DNA of 64,000 nt from a virus, in the IMG/VR virus record IMGVR_UViG_3300032086_003519, positions 23,213 to 87,212 of that record. The stretch is one strand, 5' to 3'. Of the stretch, positions 39,262 through 47,821 are shown piece by piece. The translations under genes were made by a program, and so were the position numbers. The first letter of the stretch is position 1. Every line of letters starts with the position of its first letter. The notes beneath the pieces are model-generated. The model was not told the origin of the DNA, made no database searches, and saw nothing but the letters and a program-made list of their open reading frames with translations.

Positions 39262-39394
39262 AAAAAAAACGACACTTATAACATACAGAGATAGGAACTT
39301 GTCTACTCTAAGTTTATCCCTGTGCCTTTCGGCTTGTCGGGGTAAGTGTCGTTTAGCCTGTTTTCCAAAACTGGCTTTTTATTCCCCAACGACT
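39262..39394 (-). ncRNA. structured nrdA 5' leader (candidate attenuator/riboswitch or stand-alone sRNA)
   Basis: 12-bp closing stem running into a U8 tract, GAAA-capped hairpin, G-U pairs favouring the minus strand, 5' segment complementary to the closing stem. Confidence 0.55.
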
Positions 39395-39399
39395 GTTAA

Positions 39400-39428
39400 A
39401 TTATAGTGTTCGTTGAGCGGATTTGCAA
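39400..39428 (-). promoter_or_regulatory. sigma-70-type promoter for the nrdAB leader
   Basis: TTGCAA-N17-TATAAT. Confidence 0.75.
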
Positions 39429-39442
39429 GATCTAATTAATGA

Positions 39443-39646
39443 CTAACCGCCAAAAAATGATCTTTTTTCGTCGTCACCATCTTCGTCTTCCGAGACTGGC
39501 TCTGGAGCCGGAGCTGGTGCTGGTACTGGGTCTTTTTTAACACCCAAAGCTTCCGCCATAGCGGTAAATACTTCAACAAGCTGTTCATGGTTCTGAGTGC
39601 CAAGAATAACCTTATCTAACATATCTTTGATTACAACTTTGTCCAT
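39443..39646 (-). CDS. hypothetical protein with (PA)n linker
   Basis: AGGAG RBS; PVPAPAPAPEP. Confidence 0.6.
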   Translation of the reverse strand: MDKVVIKDMLDKVILGTQNHEQLVEVFTAMAEALGVKKDPVPAPAPAPEPVSEDEDGDDEKRSFFGG

Positions 39647-39658
39647 TTCTAAAATCTC

Positions 39659-39949
39659 CTATTTACAATTATGAATGGCTTCTATTATCTTTTCTGTTAC
39701 AGACAACTGTGTCTGATGAATAGATTCTTCTAACTTGTCCATCTTATTATCAATCTTAGTCTCCAATCCGTCAACCTTATTCTCTAAAGAATCCAATCTT
39801 CTTGATATAGAATCATTGACTTTTTCTTCTAACATTGCTAACTTACCCCCATGCTTGACTATAGTTCTAAGAACCCAAGCAATAAGAGGTAATGCGACCA
39901 TGCCGAAAAACTGCGTAATTTCTTTTACTAACTCCCATGTATCTTCCAT
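39659..39949 (-). CDS. holin-like/membrane protein (one TM + coiled coil)
   Basis: FFGMVALPLIAWVL TM; heptad C-terminus; AGGGGTGA RBS before MEDTW. Confidence 0.5.
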   Translation of the reverse strand: MEDTWELVKEITQFFGMVALPLIAWVLRTIVKHGGKLAMLEEKVNDSISRRLDSLENKVDGLETKIDNKMDKLEESIHQTQLSVTEKIIEAIHNCK

Positions 39950-39962
39950 AGCGATCACCCCT

Positions 39963-39995
39963 AAAAAAAATAAGGGGAGGGAAACCCCTCCCCTT
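39963..39995 (-). terminator. intrinsic terminator
   Basis: AAGGGGAGGG-GTTT-CCCTCCCCTT then A and T8. Confidence 0.85.
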
Positions 39996-40014
39996 GTAAA
40001 ACTCTAAATTGTTA

Positions 40015-40689
40015 TTACATACCAGTGATGGCTTTGTAATCGAAGAAGTCTCCGCCACTGCTTACGCTTAGTGTTACGAAGTCTACCTTCAATACTAGTT
40101 CACCCGGAATTGCGCGAGTTGGGTTACCAGCATTGTCTGCTGTTCCCTGTACATCGCTTCCTGTTGTTGCGCCAGCCATAGCAGTACCATCTAGCTCTGC
40201 TGGAGATGCTGCTGCGGTGCCGGAAGAATTCAACCAGTTAATACGCATGTTGGTGATCGTAGCGCCACTGTCAAGAGTACCAGTCCAGCTGAACTGATTT
40301 TGTCTCCAGCCAGTAAGTAGCTTGGCTCCGTAATCGCCTTGGAATGTAGCAATAGACTTTCTGTTGTCCCCTCTGCCCATAGTGAGTAGCTGAGTTTTAG
40401 ATACGCCAGAGAGAGTTGAAGAAGATCTAGCAATAACGTATTTGCCCTCTTCGCTGTAACCAAAAGTACCAGCAGATAGAGCTTTTTGTACGTTGTAAAT
40501 ACCGCTAGCTGTGACGCTTGGTAGCATGTTGCTATCTGGGGCTACTGCTACACCGTCTAAAAGAGTAAGACTTTTTGTTATAACGTCACCAGTAGTGTCG
40601 TTACCTAGAATTGTACCACCCTGTGTTTGCGAAACAAAAGTCCCGCCAGTTGTGTTCTTTAGGTGGCTGTTGTTGCTTGGAACTGCCAT
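40015..40689 (-). CDS. putative virion structural protein (G/T/S/A-rich)
   Basis: composition, AGGAG RBS, own terminator, candidate late promoter upstream. Confidence 0.5.
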   Translation of the reverse strand: MAVPSNNSHLKNTTGGTFVSQTQGGTILGNDTTGDVITKSLTLLDGVAVAPDSNMLPSVTASGIYNVQKALSAGTFGYSEEGKYVIARSSSTLSGVSKTQLLTMGRGDNRKSIATFQGDYGAKLLTGWRQNQFSWTGTLDSGATITNMRINWLNSSGTAAASPAELDGTAMAGATTGSDVQGTADNAGNPTRAIPGELVLKVDFVTLSVSSGGDFFDYKAITGM

Positions 40690-40759
40690 TATACATGACT
40701 CCTATAAAAAATAAAGATATTTTATTCCCACATTTGTCCGTATAATAATCCAAGTCCTA

Positions 40760-41398
40760 CTATATATTACACAAATTGTCAAGTATTTTATATGATTTTA
40801 TTCTGATTCCATAGATATTTGATTTATAAAAAATATCATAATGATCTTGGCTTAGTATTGGAGAACAGCTAACAACAGGCATATCTATCTGGTCTTCTAT
40901 TGTTTTGCAACATATTATATTATCTACAATGTCATCTACCATTGTTCCTGTTCCAATAACTATCTCGGAAGAATTGTTGGATTTCAGGCAATAACACAAG
41001 TCCATTACAAATGACCAGTCAGAAACCCTGTATTCTATTACAGGACGAAGAGAGATGTCATATTCACTACAAGCAGAAGCACAAGACTTGAAGTCTTTTC
41101 TTATACTAGCTAAATTAGATGCTTCTAAATCATTTCTATTTATAACTAAGTCAATGCTTTTGGCTCCTCTTCTTTTTGCTAATATTATATCGTGTATTCT
41201 CACGTTTGTGTCGGATATACCGTATGGGTAATCCACAATAGCAGAAAAGTTCAGATGCTCCTTTATTAGCGATTCATCAATTCTAGATAGTAGCCCTGAC
41301 GGAGTGCAGATCGTATCTACTTTGCTGTTTGCAGAATTAAATATACACTCCAGAACGGAGCTGTAATTAGCTTCGTTACACAAGACTTCTAATTTCAT
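40760..41398 (-). CDS. DeoC (deoxyribose-phosphate aldolase)-like TIM barrel, catalytic lysines absent
   Basis: IVDYPYG, GAKSIDLVIN, LRPVIE, IVIGTG in place of FxKTSTG. Confidence 0.65.
   Translation of the reverse strand: MKLEVLCNEANYSSVLECIFNSANSKVDTICTPSGLLSRIDESLIKEHLNFSAIVDYPYGISDTNVRIHDIILAKRRGAKSIDLVINRNDLEASNLASIRKDFKSCASACSEYDISLRPVIEYRVSDWSFVMDLCYCLKSNNSSEIVIGTGTMVDDIVDNIICCKTIEDQIDMPVVSCSPILSQDHYDIFYKSNIYGIRIKSYKILDNLCNI
40761..40773 (-). promoter_or_regulatory. candidate phage-specific promoter motif TGTGTAATATATA
   Basis: 12/13 identical to 42518-42530; both precede intergenic gaps. Confidence 0.4.
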
Positions 41399-41868
41399 TA
41401 GTCATTGTCCTCAAATATCGCTAGTGCGCTGTTGACGGCTCTACGTGCAGTCTCTCTACTGTAACCGTTCTTCTCTCCAATCTCGACCATGGTCATTCTG
41501 TCGAGGTAGCGTTGCTTTAGAATCTTCTTCTGGTCTTCATTGAGGTCTGAGAGCAGGACTTCAATGTTTTCTTTTGGAGTGTGGCAGATGTCAAACGGTA
41601 TGCCATTCTTCTCTCTTCTTCTAATTCTAAGCTGGTTCATCATCGCATAGTTGAGTTGTTGATACAGAAAGGTTGTAAATTTAACACCTCTAGTTTCATC
41701 AAAAGAGTTCAGGCACTTCCACAATACTTCTAGCCTTAAAGATGAGATGTCATCTGGGTCAACACTTTTACAATATTTTGCGCAAACAGAATCCATAATT
41801 TTTTTGTAATCAATATTTTCTAAAGCTTCGTTTAGATCTCTAGTCTTCAATTTAAGATACTTCTTCAT
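41398..41868 (-). CDS. RNA polymerase sigma-70 family factor (second)
   Basis: LWKCLNSFDETRGVKFTTFLY; LNEDQKKILKQRY..MTMVEIGEKNGYSRETARR. Confidence 0.85.
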   Translation of the reverse strand: MKKYLKLKTRDLNEALENIDYKKIMDSVCAKYCKSVDPDDISSLRLEVLWKCLNSFDETRGVKFTTFLYQQLNYAMMNQLRIRRREKNGIPFDICHTPKENIEVLLSDLNEDQKKILKQRYLDRMTMVEIGEKNGYSRETARRAVNSALAIFEDND

Positions 41869-42478
41869 TCTTGCTCCTTAATATGGTTCCACCAATTTTA
41901 TCACGTAAGTTTTCAAATTTATTTAAATCATTCAAATACTCATCGTTTAGTGTATCTGACATGATATACTCAATTTCTGCCGTTGGACTAATGAAGATAG
42001 CCCAGTAAGGCTTTTCAGAGACTTGATTTTTTACCATCTCAATAGTTTCTTCTACTTCGAGAATGATGTCATCTCTTCCTGATATTGTATCTTCTATATC
42101 GAGTTTTACAAGTGTAGAATTGAAAAGTTTTCCAATTCCAATAAACATTGTGTATCTCGATAATACTTTTATCGCCTCAACCCCTTGAATTTCTTCAATC
42201 TTTTTTACCATATTTTTAGTAATATCAAAAGAAGTATAGCAGAACCAACAGTCCCATCTATTAGAAGGCTTTAACATTGATTCTGCGGCGAACAGGCCAT
42301 AAGGAGTATATAGCACTTTAGGTTGTGGAGGTTCAACTGGAGCATACTTTAGCATATTTTCCATCATCTCTAACTCTTCTTCTGTTAGGTGATCTAGAAA
42401 ATTTATTGGTTCTTCAGAAAGAATTTCATCAACTATAGCGTTCCAGCTTTCCCAAGCTATCGTGGCTTTTTTAGACAT
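41852..42478 (-). CDS. hypothetical protein
   Basis: GGAG RBS, long ORF. Confidence 0.6.
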   Translation of the reverse strand: MSKKATIAWESWNAIVDEILSEEPINFLDHLTEEELEMMENMLKYAPVEPPQPKVLYTPYGLFAAESMLKPSNRWDCWFCYTSFDITKNMVKKIEEIQGVEAIKVLSRYTMFIGIGKLFNSTLVKLDIEDTISGRDDIILEVEETIEMVKNQVSEKPYWAIFISPTAEIEYIMSDTLNDEYLNDLNKFENLRDKIGGTILRSKNEEVS

Positions 42479-42517
42479 TTTTTGTACTCCACGTTTACTG
42501 TTTGAACTTTAGTCTTA

Positions 42518-42530
42518 TATATAATACACA
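42518..42530 (-). promoter_or_regulatory. candidate phage-specific promoter motif TGTGTATTATATA
   Basis: repeat of the motif at 40761-40773. Confidence 0.4.
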
Positions 42531-42866
42531 TTATTCAAACTTAACAGCGCTAGGTCTTACAACCAAATCGCAGTTTTTTGATTCTTCCTTGAAGGAGTCA
42601 TAATAAGTAAGGAACGCTAAAAATTGATCTTCTCCACCACCATTGTCGGCAGAGCATTGTCTTTCAATCTCTTTTAGTATTTCCGTTTCATACTCTCCAG
42701 AATTGACTTTATATAATAAACTAGCAAAAGCTGAGATGTCTTCTAGAGAGTTTCCCCATCCGCATTTAAAATATATATCATAAGTTTCCGGTTCTACGAA
42801 TACAGTAAAATAAGAACTGCTAGAAACAGAATCTTGTTGTGGTAAATCTGGATATTGATCTGACAT
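42531..42866 (-). CDS. hypothetical protein
   Basis: coupled ORF, start MSDQY. Confidence 0.55.
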   Translation of the reverse strand: MSDQYPDLPQQDSVSSSSYFTVFVEPETYDIYFKCGWGNSLEDISAFASLLYKVNSGEYETEILKEIERQCSADNGGGEDQFLAFLTYYDSFKEESKNCDLVVRPSAVKFE

Positions 42867-43206
42867 ACCTTTCTCCAATTTTGTTTAAGTTGTCGGTGTT
42901 ATTAAGATTCAGCATTTTACCTTTTATACTAAACCCTGCAACATATGGAAAATGACAGTAGTATACAACCTCAAACTCGTCTTCTGAAACTCTACAAAAG
43001 TCAGCTAGCTGATAGTCAAGCCATTCTGTATCATACTTAATATATTCAGATGATAGTTTGCCTAAACATTCTGGAACATCTTCATTATAAAAGTATCGGT
43101 TTATAACATTGCCATCTTGATCCAAAAGTAAACTATTTCTAGTTGCATCTGCTATGTTTTTTGAATTATCGAAAGTCACCGGCAAGATCGACAGTTTAAT
43201 CTTCAT
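42820..43206 (-). CDS. hypothetical protein
   Basis: coupled ORF. Confidence 0.55.
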   Translation of the reverse strand: MKIKLSILPVTFDNSKNIADATRNSLLLDQDGNVINRYFYNEDVPECLGKLSSEYIKYDTEWLDYQLADFCRVSEDEFEVVYYCHFPYVAGFSIKGKMLNLNNTDNLNKIGERYVRSISRFTTTRFCF

Positions 43207-43444
43207 TGTTGCTTTCTTCCGCTTCTTGCGAAGCTTTTAAGTATTGAGCTTTTAATTCTTGAACAAACTGAAAATTGCCTCTAGCATCATTATAATCTTC
43301 TAGAGCGTTTCTAAATTCCTCAAAGATTTGAGGGTGTTCACCAATACCGGCAGGATTTGACATATACACTTTCATTGTTAAACCGGCTTCGTCCATCTTA
43401 GCTTTGTAGTGAGATTCTGCTGCCGATATAAAATCAATATTCAT
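43196..43444 (-). CDS. hypothetical phage protein
   Basis: NPAGIGEHP motif, AAGGA RBS. Confidence 0.6.
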   Translation of the reverse strand: MNIDFISAAESHYKAKMDEAGLTMKVYMSNPAGIGEHPQIFEEFRNALEDYNDARGNFQFVQELKAQYLKASQEAEESNNED

Positions 43445-43460
43445 CTTGTGTTCCTTATTT

Positions 43461-43494
43461 AATAAAAGAGCCTAGCGCTTCATGCGCTAGACTC
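43461..43494 (-). terminator. intrinsic terminator
   Basis: GAGTCTAGCGC-ATGAA-GCGCTAGGCTC then TTTTATT. Confidence 0.75.
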
Positions 43495-43517
43495 AGAATC
43501 ATGATTCTCAAATATGT

Positions 43518-43691
43518 CTACTCCGTTGGACGAAGAGAATCACCCACAATCCATGCGATAGCTACAGCCACAATGCTGGTAGCTGTTTCTGGTGGAATGC
43601 CGATGACATCTTGGAGGCATACAGTAACAACTGAACCAACTGCCGTCCAAAAACGTTTCGACTTAACCAGACCTTTAATTTTATCTACCAT
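43518..43691 (-). CDS. 57-aa two-TM holin-like protein (MVDKIKGLVKSKRFWTAVGSVV...), absent from ORF track
   Basis: AGGAG RBS, own promoter and terminator, KSKRFW + two hydrophobic helices. Confidence 0.7.
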   Translation of the reverse strand: MVDKIKGLVKSKRFWTAVGSVVTVCLQDVIGIPPETATSIVAVAIAWIVGDSLRPTE

Positions 43692-43728
43692 TTTTCTTCT
43701 CCTATAAAAGATATTGGTTGACTAAAAC

Positions 43729-43757
43729 ATTGTAACATATTTCTACACAATAGACAA
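43729..43757 (-). promoter_or_regulatory. sigma-70-type promoter
   Basis: TTGTCT-N17-TACAAT followed by GTTTTAG as at 62174. Confidence 0.55.
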
Positions 43758-43759
43758 GT

Positions 43760-44800
43760 CTATTCTAAGCCTTTTATGAATTTTTTAGCCGAGTTCTCCC
43801 AAGAAAACTCTTTAGCGGTGTAAATACCGTCAATATTTGTTTCCAGATTTCCTTCTTGTTTTAACGTGTGTATCGCTCTCATGTAGGTAACAACTTGTTC
43901 TAGCTGGTTACTACCCAAAGAAGCCCATGAGCCTTGACCATGAAACCAAACTCCATCTTGAGCCGGTTCAAGATTGTCTATCGAAACCAAGTGACAATTC
44001 TTTGCATTGCAAAACTCCGTGTGTGCTGAATATTCGGTAGCTATAACATGTTTGCCACACGCCATCATTTCTAAAAGTTCCAGATTCCAGCCTTCAGCTC
44101 TAGCAGGAAAAACTCCACAATCAGCTTGTTTCATAACATTGTAAACATCTCTGTGTGTGTTCTGTCTCGGTATAATCCTGATCTTATCACCAAGAGGAGA
44201 TTCTTTATAAAGTTTTTCCCATTGTGATTGTTGCTCAGGTGAGTAGAAGGGATTGCTACACATCATCCACAATTCAACTTCATCCGAGTGGTCAAATGCG
44301 GCGTTAAAACAATTCACTAGTATATCATGACCCTTTCTGACTTCCCATTTTCCGCAGTTGAAGAATACCGTTTTTGGTCTAGTAGAATCGTGAGGTTTGA
44401 AAATTTGCGTATCTACACCAAGAGGCACCACTTTAGTTTCAACTCCGGTTTGTTGTTCTACTATTTCTTTTGCCCATTTTGAGCAGGTGAAAATTCTGTC
44501 ATTATATTTTATGCTTTGTTTTTCCAGCTCGTTAAATCTTTCAAGCTCGAATATAGGAAAACCAACGTGCATACCTTTTCCGACGTGTCCATGTAATTCA
44601 TGTTGATGCCATATTTTGACAGAAGGATTCTTTTCATGACATTCTTGCATGGTGATCTTTTGTATAAACGGATCTGACATCTCCGGTTTGCCAATCGGAA
44701 GATAGTTTACCTGATTGCCCTGCGACAATAAATTCTTAATTATATTATAACTTGCGATGCCATATCCGAGATTGTTTATAGGCGCTGTAATATTAATCAT
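43760..44800 (-). CDS. GT4 glycosyltransferase
   Basis: GKWEVRKGHDIL, PARAEGWNLELLEMMACG. Confidence 0.9.
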   Translation of the reverse strand: MINITAPINNLGYGIASYNIIKNLLSQGNQVNYLPIGKPEMSDPFIQKITMQECHEKNPSVKIWHQHELHGHVGKGMHVGFPIFELERFNELEKQSIKYNDRIFTCSKWAKEIVEQQTGVETKVVPLGVDTQIFKPHDSTRPKTVFFNCGKWEVRKGHDILVNCFNAAFDHSDEVELWMMCSNPFYSPEQQSQWEKLYKESPLGDKIRIIPRQNTHRDVYNVMKQADCGVFPARAEGWNLELLEMMACGKHVIATEYSAHTEFCNAKNCHLVSIDNLEPAQDGVWFHGQGSWASLGSNQLEQVVTYMRAIHTLKQEGNLETNIDGIYTAKEFSWENSAKKFIKGLE

Positions 44801-47231
44801 TTTGACCTCTAGCTATTTTGTAATAATGATAAACATTTCCAAGATCAACCTTAGAACTATCAAAAATGTCGTTATCTAAAACATTTAGGAAATCTTTGTG
44901 TAGTTTATTGTTTTCCATCCATACGGCATGGTCTTCAAAGACTTCGCGCTTCCAAGTTCCCCAGTCTGTTATAATTGAAAAATTCATCTTGTCTACACCG
45001 TCTAATGAATTAGCCAACTCAACACATGCAGGCATCTCTTTATAGTTGTTCTTTTGTACTACTGAGTCAATCCTAAGTATGTTAATTTTACCTTCAACTC
45101 TCAATCTTGACAACATTTCTATGTTCTTCATCAGCAAGTCCCAATCGCCACCTATACGTATCTTATCATAAGTTTCTTTAGTGGCAGCGTCGATAGACAC
45201 AATTACCTGATTGATATTGTCATGGCACTTGTGTAGCATGTTCCACATTTTTTCAGTAAGCATGACTCCGTTTGTTTGTAGGTTTATCATTATTTCTGGG
45301 TGCTGTTTCCCATCAAAATTTATCAAGAAGTCCCTGAAAACTTTTGAGCCGAACGGATCGCCAGAGCCAGTGATGTTTAGCGAAGTATGACCTTTTGGTT
45401 GCTCGTTTAGAACAAAATCCATTATCTTGTTTTGTATCGCAACAGCATCATCATATTTCTTTCCCGAAGTATGAAGTATCGAACTTATCCTACAGCTAGG
45501 ACATTTTAGATTGCAAGAATCGTCCCACAAAAAGTTGACATGTTTAATTCTATCCATGTCAGTAATATTGTTTTCTATTATATGCTTATGTCTTTCTTGT
45601 GTGACATCTTCTCTTTTAGGCAGCGCATCAACATTTTGTAATCTCGGACATGTCTTTTTGTTGCAGTAACTGAATGAACCGTCTAAAATCGAAGCTCTAA
45701 TATTTTTTGCTTTATCAGAATTGAGTATCTCTGTTATTGATGACTCGTGTATATTCCCGATGCTTTCATCCATCCAGTAGGAACAGCAGGTTCTAACATT
45801 CCCATGCTCATCAACTTCAAAATTATCGAAGGGTTGTTCGCAGAAAAGCGCTGAAGTGTCTACGATTGGAAGAGAACTATTATCAGCATCTTCGTATATG
45901 TCACTTATTTTAGTTTTTTTTTGATCGTTGAATGGGTCATAGGTCTCAAAGTCAACCCATTCCTCTCCATTCCATATGATATTTAGCCTGTCGGTTATGA
46001 CAACATCAGTCCCGTACATTGTTTTAATGAAATTAGAATCTATGAAGCGCAGTTTGCCATCATAGAAAACTTCTTTGTATCCATACTTTTCAAGGTTATC
46101 ATCTAGTTGTGATATATCTACATCATTTAAAAGGTTAAATAACCCGCCCAAGTTAACATGCATCATTTCTGAATTATGCACTAGATGCGCTCTAACATGT
46201 TTATTCAATTCAGGGTCAAAAACAATATCAAGCAACTCTTGGTGTCTTGGGTGTTTCTTCTCTTGAACTGCTCGGTAAAACCAAGTCTCAAAGAAATCTG
46301 GTGAACCTATCAGGAAGTCAGGCTCATAGGTTTGAAACTGAACACATTTCACATCATACTTTTTACAAAGATCGACAAACTGTAACACTTCAGAAAGATT
46401 ATCATTCTGCACAACAAAACTTGTATTGAAAGTTACTATCTGACCAGTAGCCTGAAGGTGCTGTGCGAATTCCAAATTTTCTAAAAGCATATTCCAATCG
46501 CCACCTTTTCTGACAACCTTATATGTTTCTTCGGTTGCGGCATCAATTGATATAGAAATGTGCTTTATCTTTTCTTTTGAATAGTCACTTAGAGAGTCCC
46601 AATACTTCTTCATCAGAAGCCCATTTGTCAATATTTGAATTGTCTCTAGATTTGGAGCGTCTTCTTCTTTCAGTGTGCGGAGGAGGTCTCTGAATACAGG
46701 ACTAGCAAAAGCATCTCCAGAGCCTGTAATACAAAAAGATTTTGCATTATGGAAGGCTTCTTTCTTTAACTTGTCTTGTATATTTAGAATCTGCTCGCGC
46801 TTTTTGCCAGACTCCATAATTAGCTCTAGCCTACAAGATGGACATTCAAGATTACACGATCTATCATATCCAAAGTTTATGTCTAACGGCGTATGATCTA
46901 GTTTTGTTTTACCCTCAACAATGTCGTCATGTATAAGATCCCAGCCTCTGTGACTATTAGTGTTTCCTATCTGATAAAGAGTCTGAACGCAGTGAGTCTT
47001 CGTTTCTAAGTGCGGACATACTTCTCTGTTGCAATACCTGTAGGAGCCATCAAGAATTGATCTTCTCAGCTCTTGAGCCTCTTCACTGTTCCATACTTCT
47101 TCTACTGACTTGTCTTTTATATTGCCAATTTCATAATTATTAATCCAAGACGGACAGCAACAACTAACTCTACCGTCGTCGTACACTTCAAAAAATTCAA
47201 AAGGTCTTGTGCAATAATGTTTTTCATTCAT
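44793..47231 (-). CDS. radical SAM protein, tandem duplication of SPASM/twitch + radical SAM units
   Basis: CNLECPSC and CNLKCPSC; two ITGSGD(A/P)F; two SIDAAT.ETY; two C..PF..FEV...G.V..CC starts. Confidence 0.85.
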   Translation of the reverse strand: MNEKHYCTRPFEFFEVYDDGRVSCCCPSWINNYEIGNIKDKSVEEVWNSEEAQELRRSILDGSYRYCNREVCPHLETKTHCVQTLYQIGNTNSHRGWDLIHDDIVEGKTKLDHTPLDINFGYDRSCNLECPSCRLELIMESGKKREQILNIQDKLKKEAFHNAKSFCITGSGDAFASPVFRDLLRTLKEEDAPNLETIQILTNGLLMKKYWDSLSDYSKEKIKHISISIDAATEETYKVVRKGGDWNMLLENLEFAQHLQATGQIVTFNTSFVVQNDNLSEVLQFVDLCKKYDVKCVQFQTYEPDFLIGSPDFFETWFYRAVQEKKHPRHQELLDIVFDPELNKHVRAHLVHNSEMMHVNLGGLFNLLNDVDISQLDDNLEKYGYKEVFYDGKLRFIDSNFIKTMYGTDVVITDRLNIIWNGEEWVDFETYDPFNDQKKTKISDIYEDADNSSLPIVDTSALFCEQPFDNFEVDEHGNVRTCCSYWMDESIGNIHESSITEILNSDKAKNIRASILDGSFSYCNKKTCPRLQNVDALPKREDVTQERHKHIIENNITDMDRIKHVNFLWDDSCNLKCPSCRISSILHTSGKKYDDAVAIQNKIMDFVLNEQPKGHTSLNITGSGDPFGSKVFRDFLINFDGKQHPEIMINLQTNGVMLTEKMWNMLHKCHDNINQVIVSIDAATKETYDKIRIGGDWDLLMKNIEMLSRLRVEGKINILRIDSVVQKNNYKEMPACVELANSLDGVDKMNFSIITDWGTWKREVFEDHAVWMENNKLHKDFLNVLDNDIFDSSKVDLGNVYHYYKIARGQND

Positions 47232-47821
47232 TTTTCATAACCAAAATTAACAAAGTCATATTTATACATGCTATATATTATATCTTTGGACTGCTCATTG
47301 TACACATCCAAATAGTTAGGCTTGTTTGATTTATTATAATGGATAGGCACCTGTATCTCAAGCTCTTTTTCTAATTTTTCAAGATTTTCATATCTGTATA
47401 TTTTTATATCTTCAAAAGGCTCATAGCAAAAATCACATACCCAGTTTGACTGAGGTAGAAAATGACACGTAGTCTTCATATTTGTATTGTATGTATCTAC
47501 AACTTGACATGGTGGTAGTTCCTGAAGTGATAAGTACTTTATAACAAATTCGTTAAAGTCTGCAAACTGCTTTGCCTGTCTTGAGAATTCTATATCCGCA
47601 GAGTGATGAAGGTTATTGTTAGTAATAAACCAGTATGCCGAAAAAATTCTGTCGTAAGGATTTCTACAAATACAAAACTTTTGATAGTCTGATCCTGAGA
47701 AATCAATATAGGCTTTGTGGTGGTAAACAGGACGTTCTGTTTCCTGAAGTGCAGCGGCAATTGACAGCGAAGCATTTTTTGGTATTGCTATAAAAGCGAG
47801 TTGTCTTTTATGGTCTAGCAT
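47228..47821 (-). CDS. sulfotransferase family 2 protein
   Basis: FIAIPKNASLSI (5'-PSB), RNPYDRIFSAY (3'-PB), HFLPQ, YKYDFVNFGY. Confidence 0.85.
   Translation of the reverse strand: MLDHKRQLAFIAIPKNASLSIAAALQETERPVYHHKAYIDFSGSDYQKFCICRNPYDRIFSAYWFITNNNLHHSADIEFSRQAKQFADFNEFVIKYLSLQELPPCQVVDTYNTNMKTTCHFLPQSNWVCDFCYEPFEDIKIYRYENLEKLEKELEIQVPIHYNKSNKPNYLDVYNEQSKDIIYSMYKYDFVNFGYEK

Noticed and set aside
39500-39530. Short tandem repeat encoding PAPAPAP
   Set aside because: Ordinary low-complexity linker with varied codons
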